64,000 nt of DNA from a virus. Positions within the stretch are counted from its first letter, which is position 1. Every line of letters begins with the position of its first letter. Made by a program: the position numbers and the translations under genes. The stretch lies in IMG/VR virus record IMGVR_UViG_3300048997_000225, positions 32,001 to 96,000 of that record; one strand, 5' to 3'. The notes under the pieces were generated by a model, which ran no database searches, was not told the DNA's origin, and saw only the letters and a list, made by a program, of their open reading frames with translations. Shown here one piece after another: positions 17,657 to 27,481 of this stretch.

Positions 17657-20600
17657 TTACGAGAAGTTAGCAACTGACGTAAACAATCCTTTATTATGTA
17701 TCATACTTCCGCCCAATGTAAATACTTTGCTAGTGGTTGCCGGATCATAATTGGTTTCCAATCCTAAGATCGGAATAGTGGTTGGCTGATTCCCTACCAA
17801 AGCAAGAGAAGTACCTATCCTGGTATTAAATTGTGCCGAAACCCCTGACCTATCTAGACAATTCCCATATGCATTAAGACGGGTCCCAGTTCCAAAATCT
17901 GAAGCCCTCCATATGTTGACTTGAATGCCTGTATCACTGGAATTATTGGAATATATAGTGTTTTTGAATACATTTATCGTCCCCAGCGATTGTCCAGTAA
18001 TACACAATAATCCACTAACTCCAGAAGAATTCCCACATAATGATATTACATTGGATTCAAATTCAATGATTCCAACGAAATTTCCAGGCAATATCGCAAT
18101 GCCTTGATGTTCCATTGCAGTGATTGTGTTGTTCCTCACGAATAAATTATCAGTGACTCCTGAAAATGATCCAATACCATGGCGATTAGTGAATGACCCA
18201 TCTAATTGACATAGTTCGATGATTATTCCAGAAAAACCAGTTGGAGCTGATGCCCAGCTAGTAAAATCAGATGATAACAATATCATTGCGGCGTTATTGG
18301 CCGTAGGAAACACCATGCCGTTGACTTGAACATTCCTGATTACGAGTCTTGGACTATTTAAATCATTGTCGCTATTGGGAGTTAATAATACAACAGCGTT
18401 CGCATACCAATCACCAACAGTAAAATCATTATTTAAACGAACATCATCAACGGTGATTTTAGTAAAAGAATTAAATGGTCTTAAGAATATTCTGGACACC
18501 GGTATTGCACCCGGAGTCAAAACAGTCCAATCTTCCATTATAATATGATTGATAAATGATTCTCCATAACCATTAATAAATATATCAGGAAAATCAGGTT
18601 GAGAAATCAAGTTGATAAATCGTATATCTCGGACAGTTACATCCCAACCTGATGCTACTAAAAAGCCACTGACATTCTCGGATATTCCTCCCGATCCATA
18701 ATTCTGCATGAATGACGCTCCGCATAACGTCATTGGACCATATTTAGATAGACCAGTATCAAATGTGATACCTTCTATGGTTAACTTTCCACGTGCTTTA
18801 AATGAATTATTGGATGAAGATCCAATTCCTACGCCAACAATCATTGCATGTGGTGAGGTTGTACTATCTGATGCATTAGTCCATGTACCGCCGCGAATAT
18901 GGACATTATCAATCGATACGACAGGATCTGTTCCATAATTGTATGCTAACGGACCATTGAAACCGGTTGGACAGATATGGAAGAAAATAGGGCTCCCTGA
19001 TCCAAGACTATTAGTTGATATATTGCAATCATATAGTCGTAATTTCCCAATTCTTAGACCAGCTCCGACATATGCTTCAGCTGTTCCAGGCAGAAAATCT
19101 ATAACTCCACCACCATTTTGAAGATTCCCACCAACATTATCAACACGTCCTGGAAAATAACTGCCGCCTTCAAATGTTATTTCATTCACAAATATGGAAC
19201 CAGGAGCACCTGTGAGTTCTAATCTGACAATCGGAGAATTGGCTTGGCTACCGATGAATGCGTCTTCAAATCTAATATAATCAACAAATGTTGTCGTATT
19301 CCAGATAAATCTTACAGAAGCCGGTGTGGAAGTACCAAAAGTACTTTCTACTGTTGTGACATTCTTAGCTGAGAATTTCAATGTAAGATTAGTGATTTCA
19401 ATATGACCATGTTGATAAAGAATATTTTCTAATTCAACGTGCGAAGCGCCAATAATTTGAATTATAGGTGAGTCTTGAGCAGCCGTGGACTTGATGTCAA
19501 GTCCTTTCAAAGTTATCATCCCGCCAACATTGGGCCCAGTCAAGATTGGGCCCGGGACCTGATTGATTAATCTGGCAAATCCTGCGAAATTGCTTTGTGG
19601 TACACAAGCACTGATGATTTCAATATGATCAAATGTCGAAAAGTTATATGGTGTGGTGTTAGTATAATCTCCTCGTTTAATTATGAAACGAGCAAAAGTG
19701 ATTCCTCGGAAATTGCAATAAGCGATGGCTTTACTGATCGCATCAGGACCTTCAAAATCTCCTTTGGAGAGAGTCCCATCACCACATACGATAGTGGTCT
19801 TTCCATCCTGAGACCGACCGGCATTGATAGATTGTAATAAACAATATGCTGATGTATTAGGAGCTCCTAAAAATGGGACATCACCAATTTGTAAATTAGG
19901 ATGCGAGACTGACGATATTCGTAAGTATTTATCACTGAAAAATGCGCTTCCGGCAGTTTCTGTGTTAGCGTCTGCCAAACGCAATGGACCGTTCGAATTA
20001 TATAATGGAGCATCTTTGATATTCAAATAATCAGATAGTCCAGGGTTTCCTGATTCATGAGCATATTCAAATGCATCAAATGTACTTCCAGTTTCACTTG
20101 CCCAGCGTGCTATAAAGTGCTTTGGAGCCCCGTTATAAAAATTATCAGGATCTAAGTCAAATAAGAATGTTGGCGAACGAGGGACAGGATTCCCGTCGTT
20201 ACCAGTGGAACGAATATTATTAGTGACTAATGCTATAGTATCTCGGGCCGAATTTAATCGAGTGGTTTGTCGAATAGTGTTATCAAACCAATCATAAATA
20301 GATTGGGCTACTGATTCAGGTAATACCCCCATCGGATCAGCCACCACACTGCGACCCGCAGAAAATATTCCATTAGTGACTATTCCTGAAGATGTGCCAG
20401 CACCTGAAGCTGGTTCAGCAAAATCCAAACCTCGAGTTATAGGTCCAGACGTCAGAGCTTTAGCCAGAAAACTCTGGACTCCCGATTCCATATCAGGTTT
20501 AATATCACCAAATTCTTGGACTTCTGGAAGCAGAGCTTGGACTTCATATGCACTTGCGTCCGATAACGCGGCTCGCATTCTGGGAGCTAAAACAGGATTG

Positions 20601-21958
20601 GGTAATGCTGCATTATCACCAGTTATTGTTGAAGCTACGAGCCCCATACGAATCAGAGTCGTTGGATTGCCAGTGACTATGATTTGGCTTGTAGAACCAC
20701 GAGTCCACGATCGAATCCGTATATCACTAGCACCATAAGGTTCCGCTATATATGCGCCTTTATAAATCCCGGGCATCAAACCAATCATGCGCAGGAATGT
20801 AGCTGACGGCATTTGTGTAAAGCCGATTGCTGCTGTTGAAATTTCGATCGATGAAGTCAATCCGTTAGCGTTGGATGACTGAATTGATATAAATTGTTTG
20901 GAGCCGATTATTATGGTTGTTGCAATGGCTCCGGTTAACTGCGATTGAATAGCTGCAGCTAAGTCCGTTGCTGAATGCGTGGATGCTCCAATGTTTATAA
21001 CTTGAGGAGCCCCGCCATCTACAGAAATACTAAACTGGCTTCCCGGACCATTATATGGTCCGGTCACAGTTGAAATCACCCTAGCATAACTAATTCCACC
21101 AACATTAGATGCATATTGTTGATTGATTCTATCAATAACTTGATCTCGAGTATATGGAGGAGATGGAAAACTGATAACAAATGAATTCCCATCAACATTG
21201 AATGTTATAGAGTCCGTTCCATCTAGTGCTGCAAAGTTACTGTTATATGTGTAAGCATATGCTGGAGATGGCAAATTTACATAATATTTAATGCGATAAT
21301 TAGTGCCGTCAAATATAATTCGGCCTCGAATGGCTAATCCGCCTGGTATATCAACTGTTCGAATTAATTTTCCGAACAATATTGCATGGACAGCATGGAC
21401 AGCTTCAGTGGTTAATGGTATACTATCGCGTGTTGTTAATAAAACTTCTCCTCCTTTTAAATCAGGAGTTTGAGTGAGAATCCCACGAGTGGGTCCATCA
21501 AATCCGGTATAAGTCCCGGCCACAAGTCCTAATTTTGCAAGAACTGAAGGACCGGCATCAGACAGAACAATAGATTGACTAGCTCCAGCTCCAGGAGTTC
21601 GAAGTTGTAACACTCCACCTAAGTCGAATGCGATATCTGATCCAATAACAGAATTGATTTTGGTGGCAACTCGTGACGTTATAATGTCAGTGCCAACAAA
21701 TGTGACAGTCTGAATCGGCCCACTATTAATTCGTATATTAATAGCATCGCCACCTAATATAGCATAAGGCGAATTATTACTACTTTTAACAGAAGCCGGA
21801 ACATCCAGTTCGGCGCCGTTGGGAATATCAGTGATAAAATAGGGATTTAAATCAGATGGTGAAAGAACAGTCTCAGATGTATGTGGGATGATTGAATATC
21901 CAGCAAGTACAAATTTAGTATTTGCTGAATGAATCTGCTCTTTGCGCGGCTGTGTCAT
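17657..21958 (-). CDS. tail spike or fibre protein with C-terminal right-handed beta-helix
   Basis: Three N-terminal repeats (I.[IV][ND]G..Q..F...[IV]A..IN...LGL); TIVCGDG..GDFEGPDAI cap followed by ~700 aa of I/V/N-ladder beta-helix-like sequence. Confidence 0.7.
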   Translation of the reverse strand: MTQPRKEQIHSANTKFVLAGYSIIPHTSETVLSPSDLNPYFITDIPNGAELDVPASVKSSNNSPYAILGGDAINIRINSGPIQTVTFVGTDIITSRVATKINSVIGSDIAFDLGGVLQLRTPGAGASQSIVLSDAGPSVLAKLGLVAGTYTGFDGPTRGILTQTPDLKGGEVLLTTRDSIPLTTEAVHAVHAILFGKLIRTVDIPGGLAIRGRIIFDGTNYRIKYYVNLPSPAYAYTYNSNFAALDGTDSITFNVDGNSFVISFPSPPYTRDQVIDRINQQYASNVGGISYARVISTVTGPYNGPGSQFSISVDGGAPQVINIGASTHSATDLAAAIQSQLTGAIATTIIIGSKQFISIQSSNANGLTSSIEISTAAIGFTQMPSATFLRMIGLMPGIYKGAYIAEPYGASDIRIRSWTRGSTSQIIVTGNPTTLIRMGLVASTITGDNAALPNPVLAPRMRAALSDASAYEVQALLPEVQEFGDIKPDMESGVQSFLAKALTSGPITRGLDFAEPASGAGTSSGIVTNGIFSAGRSVVADPMGVLPESVAQSIYDWFDNTIRQTTRLNSARDTIALVTNNIRSTGNDGNPVPRSPTFLFDLDPDNFYNGAPKHFIARWASETGSTFDAFEYAHESGNPGLSDYLNIKDAPLYNSNGPLRLADANTETAGSAFFSDKYLRISSVSHPNLQIGDVPFLGAPNTSAYCLLQSINAGRSQDGKTTIVCGDGTLSKGDFEGPDAISKAIAYCNFRGITFARFIIKRGDYTNTTPYNFSTFDHIEIISACVPQSNFAGFARLINQVPGPILTGPNVGGMITLKGLDIKSTAAQDSPIIQIIGASHVELENILYQHGHIEITNLTLKFSAKNVTTVESTFGTSTPASVRFIWNTTTFVDYIRFEDAFIGSQANSPIVRLELTGAPGSIFVNEITFEGGSYFPGRVDNVGGNLQNGGGVIDFLPGTAEAYVGAGLRIGKLRLYDCNISTNSLGSGSPIFFHICPTGFNGPLAYNYGTDPVVSIDNVHIRGGTWTNASDSTTSPHAMIVGVGIGSSSNNSFKARGKLTIEGITFDTGLSKYGPMTLCGASFMQNYGSGGISENVSGFLVASGWDVTVRDIRFINLISQPDFPDIFINGYGESFINHIIMEDWTVLTPGAIPVSRIFLRPFNSFTKITVDDVRLNNDFTVGDWYANAVVLLTPNSDNDLNSPRLVIRNVQVNGMVFPTANNAAMILLSSDFTSWASAPTGFSGIIIELCQLDGSFTNRHGIGSFSGVTDNLFVRNNTITAMEHQGIAILPGNFVGIIEFESNVISLCGNSSGVSGLLCITGQSLGTINVFKNTIYSNNSSDTGIQVNIWRASDFGTGTRLNAYGNCLDRSGVSAQFNTRIGTSLALVGNQPTTIPILGLETNYDPATTSKVFTLGGSMIHNKGLFTSVANFS

Positions 21959-22034
21959 ATAAAATAAATCCTCTATTCCAGAAAAGATTAAAAGGGACGG
22001 GAATCTTTATGATTTAGACAGTAAGAACTATATA

Positions 22035-22070
22035 ATGATAATCCAGTCCAATATTGGACTGGATTATCAT
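22035..22070. repeat. perfect 36-bp palindrome
   Basis: atgataatccagtccaat|attggactggattatcat; no loop, no mismatch, intergenic. Confidence 0.95.
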
Positions 22071-22117
22071 CGGGTCCAGCAATCTTCCCGTATTGGACCG
22101 AATCTCATATAATCTCC

Positions 22118-25100
22118 CTAAAGTAAGACGTACCATATCTCGAGAGTATCATCGGTTTCCAATATTGGATTGGTCGTAGTTGCTATATAATTAAGTATTT
22201 GACCTGTGGGTCCTGTGATGGTGTAATCAGCCCCATAGGTCAATTTAATTCCACGCAAAAATGCCATAACAGTATTAGCTTGCAGAGGTCGTTCTGTTAA
22301 TGCAAAAGTCGTTTGTCCATTAACCGTAACAATAAGAACTTCCTGTTTAACTGAAGTTAAATTAATATCACTAGATCCAAAGAAAATAGGATCATCATAG
22401 ATGTTGTTTACAAACAAAGGAGGATCATTGAGTGGAGTATTGACTATGTCAACTTGCCCTTTACGTTTTTCAAGCGGTCTTCCCCAAATTCGGAATCTGT
22501 CAACTGCAGTAAATCCTTCATTGGTTCCATTGGCTGAATGAAGAACATCTGTATCTCGAAAATAAGCTGGGACTCCTTGAATCACAATTATCATTTGGAG
22601 TTCATTCCCAGAATGGACTTCAATAGATCCTATAAATTCTGGTTGTGATCGCACCAGATAAGCAGTGGCAGCAAGTACTGACCCGACTTCTGAATTGGGT
22701 CGAGCTTTTGGCATACGTGATGAAATGGCGCCACCAGGCCATGGATTTGTGGCTGACCAAGCTGCCCCACCACGTGCAGTCTTAAATCGAGTTATATCTG
22801 AAAAACTACCGGTGCCATCAATTTTAATAAGAGCTTCTCCGCCGACACCAACCGTGTTACTGGCTTGTCCACACACAAATTCGACTCCTTCCCAAGATGA
22901 GAATCCCGGGGGAGTCGGATTGGCTGAAGCCACGTAATCTGGAAAAAACATAGTTCCTACAGATATTGAGCCAACATTAGTGGAACTCCTTGTTTGATAT
23001 AAAGTTTTTCCAATAAAATCTTTGTCTCGGAGCCAAATTCCAAGAGGCAAATGCGAAATACATCCAGCAAATTCTGGATTAACATCGCGATCAAATACTT
23101 CTGATATTGCCCCGCGCCGCATTCCAGGACGAGCATTCAAAGATGCTGCTAAGACCGGAAACTTAGGAGTCGCCCAATCTTCAAATCCAACCCGGTTTAA
23201 TGAAAAACGTCGATTGAGATCTATTAATGTTCCTACGTAGTCATGGACTCCATCCGGATTCTGTTCAGGAGTCAGAAGTGGGATCGGATTCGATCCAGAG
23301 AATCGACCTGTTCCAAGTGAAGTCACAAAATTCATAGCTGCGAGTACTTCGAAGCCAGCTTTATTTGGCAGAGCTAAAGTATCGACCGATCCAAGTGGAT
23401 TCGCAGCAATGCTTTGTGCTTCAGATGGAGTTAATGGGCCAAGTCTTTGGACGTCGTCTGAATAAGCTGTCTGACTACCAAACACATCACCTTGATAAGG
23501 TTGCCGACTATAATAAACAGTAAGTTCATTATTAGTGGCATTTAAAGATAACGGAGCAGGAACTATTATTCCTATCTTATTATCAGCAGTATTAGTAAAT
23601 GTATTAATATTGCACGGAAGAGATCCTCCACCAGACGTTCGTGCTACAAGCACACGACCATTAGTCTGTAAGAAACCACGATCAAAACCAAATAAAGTGC
23701 ATTCAACTAAGAATTCGGAGTTATCCCAAGTTGTTCCGGTTGTTGCTTTGGAAAAATCTATGGCGTCTTTATTTAGAACGAATGATATATCACCATTAAT
23801 ATCTACATCAAGTAAAAATGTTGGACCGTCAAAAGTATCTTTTAATAGATTTACATCTGTCCCAATTCCTCCAACAAATACTCTATCAGAACTGAATGGA
23901 GAAGAAGCTGGAATAGTGGCAAATGGTGGTGATCCTGAAGTGTTACGTTTATATACACCAGTTATTCTGGCCGGACCATAAAATGGCGGGAATTGGATTC
24001 CTTCAAATGGACCTCCATCAATACTCCTGGCTTTAATATTGGAGTATTTGCGTCCGAACATTGAAGGCAAAGAACCTGTCCCATAGGTCTCGCCGACAAC
24101 CGGCGTTACGACATAATAACCGGCACCACTTGGATAACTTACTAAATTACGATTCCAATCAGAAGTATCGCTAGCTCCGAATGGACCTTCCTTGGCCATC
24201 AGTAAGAAGTTGATGCCCGAAGGGAATCTGGTTGTAGTAGCTGGGATAATCGGAGTATGATGGAATCCGGGCCTTGGAAGATATTCAACAGGAATTTCTA
24301 CATAACGAGCCAAAGCCCCGATATAAAACAATCCAAGAGGATCTACAGTGTCGTGAACAATATTAATTCCTTCTTGATCGGACTGTGGCATAGCCCCTTG
24401 AAATGTGACATCATCTATCCAGTTTAACTGGCTTCCATCACGGACCAATAATGATGGCACCAGCACATTGGAATAAGGCGCCACACATATGGTCTTAGAA
24501 CCGGGATCTACCATAACTTCAGACGTTATAGATAAATCTCGATTTTTGCCAGTTTGAACAAGTGGTGAATGCGGTAAATAAGTCGGAACCATTCTGTTGC
24601 GATCGGATAATCCTGATCGCAACATGATTTTGGATGAATTAGTCGGATCGCCACGATAGTGAACTGTATGGATATAATCAGGTTTATGTGATAAACCTCG
24701 GCCAGAACCGTATGTGACAGCAAATGATATATGCATTACTGTCTTATTAGCTAAGTCTTGTGTTATTGGAGTCGGAACCGCATCAGTAAACTCCTGGAAT
24801 AGACTATCCACAGCATCACTGGATAATTCTATCTCCATATTGCCATTCAAATCAAATGTAACTGTTAATCCGCTGCCATGCTTGAGAATCCGATATCCAC
24901 TTATTCCAACGCCAGCCGGATTAGTGGCTGAAGGCGATGTGGTAAATGGTTGAACTGACGGCTGACCACCATTAGGATCAGTAGTCATGCCTTCAAAATG
25001 GACCAATATTGCATCTGGATCTTCTTCCGGAGAGACAAATCGAACTTGATTCGAATCAGTTATAGGCAATCCAGCTTGGAACGAACCAATATTGACTCGG

Positions 25101-26758
25101 ATTTTATCCCCATTAAACCAGCGAGATACAGAACCACTTAATCTGAATCCAGGAGGATGAGCTGGCGCCGCGGTTATCCATTGCACATTTATAGTATATG
25201 GAGCAACCGCGATTTGTAAATTCGCATTTAGTGCAGTGGCATTGGACGGGACTTGAACCGGAACATTATAACGTTCTGTTATAACGGCATCAGACCAAGT
25301 CTTGCGATTACCGCTTGGTCCATCAAGTCTAGATAACCCTCCTACGAATATCGAGCCATCAGTAATCCTATCACCATAAAAAGTAACTACACCAGCTGAA
25401 TTGGTAGACCCATAACGTTTCCATGAAGTTCGAAGATTACCACGCAATAATTCTATGAGATTGGTTTTTAAAATAGATGAATAATCAAATTTATGAGCGA
25501 CTGAATGCCGCAGATCCATAATATCAGTTTTAGTTATTTGATCAGCATATAATCCATCAGGCCGAACAGTGTAAATATTGAGTGATGTGCCTGACGAATG
25601 AGCACGAATGATGGTTTGTAACTGACCTCTATCAAATGTCACAACAAACGCGGTGGGTCCTGTTTGTGTGATATTGTTGATTCGGATTATTTCATCATTG
25701 ATTTTGAAATATGCTTCACCGAAATCGACCATCCCATTAAGAATGGTGCCTGAAATACTGGTTAATGTGAATTGAACATCAGTTTCGGTGATATCATTCG
25801 GAAGTATAATCGAATTAATATAGATCCTGGAACCTGTACGATTGATAGCGATGCTATTTCGATTGAATGCACCAGCTAAATTCCCTATATCAGAAAACCC
25901 GGCACTATTCCTACGGAATATGGAACAAATCGGAATAGCATATACATAACCATCTACAGTTCCAAGTATAGATGGATCACCAGATCCAGATCTCCAAAGC
26001 CCGGGATCTCCTAATTCTTCTCTCATATTTTCGAAAACAAGAGAACTAGGAGTATTCAATGCTCCTTGCGCAAATACAAGAGTTGGATCAAATCCTTCTG
26101 GATACTGAGATATATTGATGTCAGAAACAACACGAATCCTATATTGAATTTGGATTCGTTTAGTAGTTTCAAAATTGACTTCCGGATCAATCAAGTCATC
26201 CGGTAAAAATGAAAAGCCGCTCTCGACATTACCATATTTATATACAAAGCCGCGTTGAGGTTTTCCCGGCGCGACGTTAGGAGGAGCCGGATCAACATCA
26301 ATTCGTTGTAACCAAACTTCGAGAAATATAAATTCTGCGCGATTCCCGCCTGTAGAAGTACTGGCGGGATTAAGAGCAATTTTATTCCAAGATACTGAAT
26401 TATTAGGAGAAAGTGGAGGTTCCCCGGTTCTAGTTCCAGCAACTGGAATGAGCCAACCGTTTACATTAGCCCATAACAAATCATGGACTTCGCCAGTAGT
26501 TTGGTTTCCGAAGAAGAATAAATTCGAATATGAAGGATCTGTATGATAGTCAGTAAGCGGCGATGATTCATTCATGAACCATCCCGAAGGGAATTGAGAA
26601 CGAACAATATCTGCTCGAGCTTCTAAATCGATTAGAGCTCCCAAATTCAGTTCGGAATCCAGCGGGGGCTTATTAGCTTCAAATAAGACAGCTCCGAACT
26701 GTCTATCTTTGCCGGTTATATATCGAGTCACACCGGCACCGAGAGGATTGGCAGCCAT
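22118..26758 (-). CDS. large virion structural protein (baseplate wedge or fibre anchor-like, DUF4815-like N-terminus)
   Basis: PPLDSELN, FLEVW, YGNV, RIQIQYRIR, TVDGYVYAIP and RPDGLY motifs; paralogue of 27482-30085. Confidence 0.65.
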   Translation of the reverse strand: MAANPLGAGVTRYITGKDRQFGAVLFEANKPPLDSELNLGALIDLEARADIVRSQFPSGWFMNESSPLTDYHTDPSYSNLFFFGNQTTGEVHDLLWANVNGWLIPVAGTRTGEPPLSPNNSVSWNKIALNPASTSTGGNRAEFIFLEVWLQRIDVDPAPPNVAPGKPQRGFVYKYGNVESGFSFLPDDLIDPEVNFETTKRIQIQYRIRVVSDINISQYPEGFDPTLVFAQGALNTPSSLVFENMREELGDPGLWRSGSGDPSILGTVDGYVYAIPICSIFRRNSAGFSDIGNLAGAFNRNSIAINRTGSRIYINSIILPNDITETDVQFTLTSISGTILNGMVDFGEAYFKINDEIIRINNITQTGPTAFVVTFDRGQLQTIIRAHSSGTSLNIYTVRPDGLYADQITKTDIMDLRHSVAHKFDYSSILKTNLIELLRGNLRTSWKRYGSTNSAGVVTFYGDRITDGSIFVGGLSRLDGPSGNRKTWSDAVITERYNVPVQVPSNATALNANLQIAVAPYTINVQWITAAPAHPPGFRLSGSVSRWFNGDKIRVNIGSFQAGLPITDSNQVRFVSPEEDPDAILVHFEGMTTDPNGGQPSVQPFTTSPSATNPAGVGISGYRILKHGSGLTVTFDLNGNMEIELSSDAVDSLFQEFTDAVPTPITQDLANKTVMHISFAVTYGSGRGLSHKPDYIHTVHYRGDPTNSSKIMLRSGLSDRNRMVPTYLPHSPLVQTGKNRDLSITSEVMVDPGSKTICVAPYSNVLVPSLLVRDGSQLNWIDDVTFQGAMPQSDQEGINIVHDTVDPLGLFYIGALARYVEIPVEYLPRPGFHHTPIIPATTTRFPSGINFLLMAKEGPFGASDTSDWNRNLVSYPSGAGYYVVTPVVGETYGTGSLPSMFGRKYSNIKARSIDGGPFEGIQFPPFYGPARITGVYKRNTSGSPPFATIPASSPFSSDRVFVGGIGTDVNLLKDTFDGPTFLLDVDINGDISFVLNKDAIDFSKATTGTTWDNSEFLVECTLFGFDRGFLQTNGRVLVARTSGGGSLPCNINTFTNTADNKIGIIVPAPLSLNATNNELTVYYSRQPYQGDVFGSQTAYSDDVQRLGPLTPSEAQSIAANPLGSVDTLALPNKAGFEVLAAMNFVTSLGTGRFSGSNPIPLLTPEQNPDGVHDYVGTLIDLNRRFSLNRVGFEDWATPKFPVLAASLNARPGMRRGAISEVFDRDVNPEFAGCISHLPLGIWLRDKDFIGKTLYQTRSSTNVGSISVGTMFFPDYVASANPTPPGFSSWEGVEFVCGQASNTVGVGGEALIKIDGTGSFSDITRFKTARGGAAWSATNPWPGGAISSRMPKARPNSEVGSVLAATAYLVRSQPEFIGSIEVHSGNELQMIIVIQGVPAYFRDTDVLHSANGTNEGFTAVDRFRIWGRPLEKRKGQVDIVNTPLNDPPLFVNNIYDDPIFFGSSDINLTSVKQEVLIVTVNGQTTFALTERPLQANTVMAFLRGIKLTYGADYTITGPTGQILNYIATTTNPILETDDTLEIWYVLL

Positions 26759-26784
26759 TATTTAATCCTTGTCTCTATCATAAG

Positions 26785-26802
26785 GATAATCTGAAGATTA
26801 TC
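26785..26802. promoter_or_regulatory. short inverted repeat GATAATCT-ga-AGATTATC
   Basis: 8-bp arms in the intergenic gap; shares TAATGATAATC with the 22035 palindrome arm. Confidence 0.4.
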
Positions 26803-26803
26803 A

Positions 26804-27448
26804 TTAATCATGTAACCAAATCCAATCCGATAAAAAGTAGGTTTTATCTGAACTCGAATTAGTGAATCTTAATCTATAATTGGCTGCAGATAATGATACT
26901 GATTGTTCAATATCTGGGTTAACGGTAGCAATAGTACTCGAATTGGCTGAATTTCGAATAGCTACGATAAAAGCACTAGTTGGAAATTCTGAGAAATTAG
27001 TTAGTCCGATGTCATAATTATATAATACACGACTTGGATCGGGTTGACTGTTGTTCGGACCAGGATCTGAATAAATAGTGAATCCATACCAATGGATAAA
27101 GACTTTGGTGGCCGGAGATGTTAAATTAATTACATTGGTAACAATGGATCCACCAGGCAGTATTGCCGTGCGTTTTTCTTGACCAATGCTATATCGAGAA
27201 GATTGAGCAGTATCAACATTAGGTGAAGTGATTAACTCGTCGTGATGTTCATGGATTAATGCAGGATGCAATGCTTTATAAGCAGCAACTTTGGCTGTTA
27301 TTAAATCCGGCACATAATTGGAAAGTGGTTTAATTCCTAGCGATGTTGGAATGTCAACAATATATTTTCCAGATATAGAAAAATCCAAAGGGAAATCAAA
27401 AGTTCCGTTAATCACTCCAGTTGTTCTATCAACAAGCGCCTTAGACAT
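26804..27448 (-). CDS. virion-module hypothetical protein
   Basis: Long ORF between the two paralogues; GGAG SD before ATG 27448. Confidence 0.7.
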   Translation of the reverse strand: MSKALVDRTTGVINGTFDFPLDFSISGKYIVDIPTSLGIKPLSNYVPDLITAKVAAYKALHPALIHEHHDELITSPNVDTAQSSRYSIGQEKRTAILPGGSIVTNVINLTSPATKVFIHWYGFTIYSDPGPNNSQPDPSRVLYNYDIGLTNFSEFPTSAFIVAIRNSANSSTIATVNPDIEQSVSLSAANYRLRFTNSSSDKTYFLSDWIWLHD

Positions 27449-27481
27449 TATTATCTCCAACCGACGCATTTATATGACGCA

